From Pachysolen tannophilus NRRL Y-2460 (taxonomy: Eukaryota), in assembly GCA_001661245.1 (NCBI GenBank), contig KV454012.1, forward strand, positions 774,147-825,592: DNA of 51,446 nt, given 5' to 3'. Positions within the stretch are counted from its first letter, which is position 1. Each line of letters starts with the position of its first letter. The position numbers were made by a program, and so were the translations under genes. Positions 51,260-51,446 of this stretch are shown piece by piece. Under the pieces are notes generated by a model. That model was given only the letters and a program-made list of their open reading frames with translations, had not been told where the DNA came from and ran no database searches.

Positions 51260-51381
51260 GACGACGACGATGAGGACGACGACGACAACAATAAAGACGA
51301 CGACGACAACAATAAAGATGACGACGACGAAATGACGACAATTACGATGGCAAAGATAATGATGGAGATGACGATAAATAA
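51260..51381. repeat. GAC/AAC-rich repeat with exact 21-bp duplication, followed by A30
   Basis: GACGACGACGACAACAATAAA at 51275-51295 and 51296-51316; poly-A 51391-51420. Confidence 0.85.
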
Positions 51382-51387
51382 TTGATA

Positions 51388-51422
<35 letters not shown>

Positions 51423-51446
51423 AGAGACAAAACGTTTAAGACTATA

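Noticed and set aside
51209..51430. 73-aa minus-strand poly-F/V ORF
   Set aside because: Translation of poly-T and GTC repeats, with a TTG start.

Overview
AT-rich, gene-dense nuclear segment of a budding yeast (Saccharomycotina) with about 28 protein-coding genes; no tRNA, rRNA, transposon or CRISPR feature was recognised. CTG codons fall at positions that are Ala in homologues (URA6, RRP14, STI1, KIN28, NAT4), so the organism most likely uses the CUG=Ala code (table 26, Pachysolen tannophilus-type), and the supplied translations misread those codons as Leu. Gene order: ARL8-like (partial), PIR/CIS3-like, STI1, RKM4, BUB3, DLD2, SNA4-like, TM orphan, NEM1, peroxisomal SDR, kinesin-1, VMA5, RRP14, NAT4, complex I NDUFB2-like subunit, ZRG17, SOV1, URA6, UBX4, His-rich orphan, TIP20, ROG1-family lipase, KIN28, L2HGDH, YML020W-like, ATG16, TRM3, RRP42, TMA17. 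Four spliced genes (six introns) missed or fragmented by the ORF track were rebuilt by hand. I cannot support a novel multi-gene system. The best leads are dense CTG clusters in low-complexity segments, a 39-bp-periodic triple Mcm1/CArG array, two TGCGCA-rich structured intergenic islands, a mitochondrial-type extension on Ura6, a repeat-less Pir protein and His-rich inserts. Homology calls come from remembered family motifs, not from database searches.
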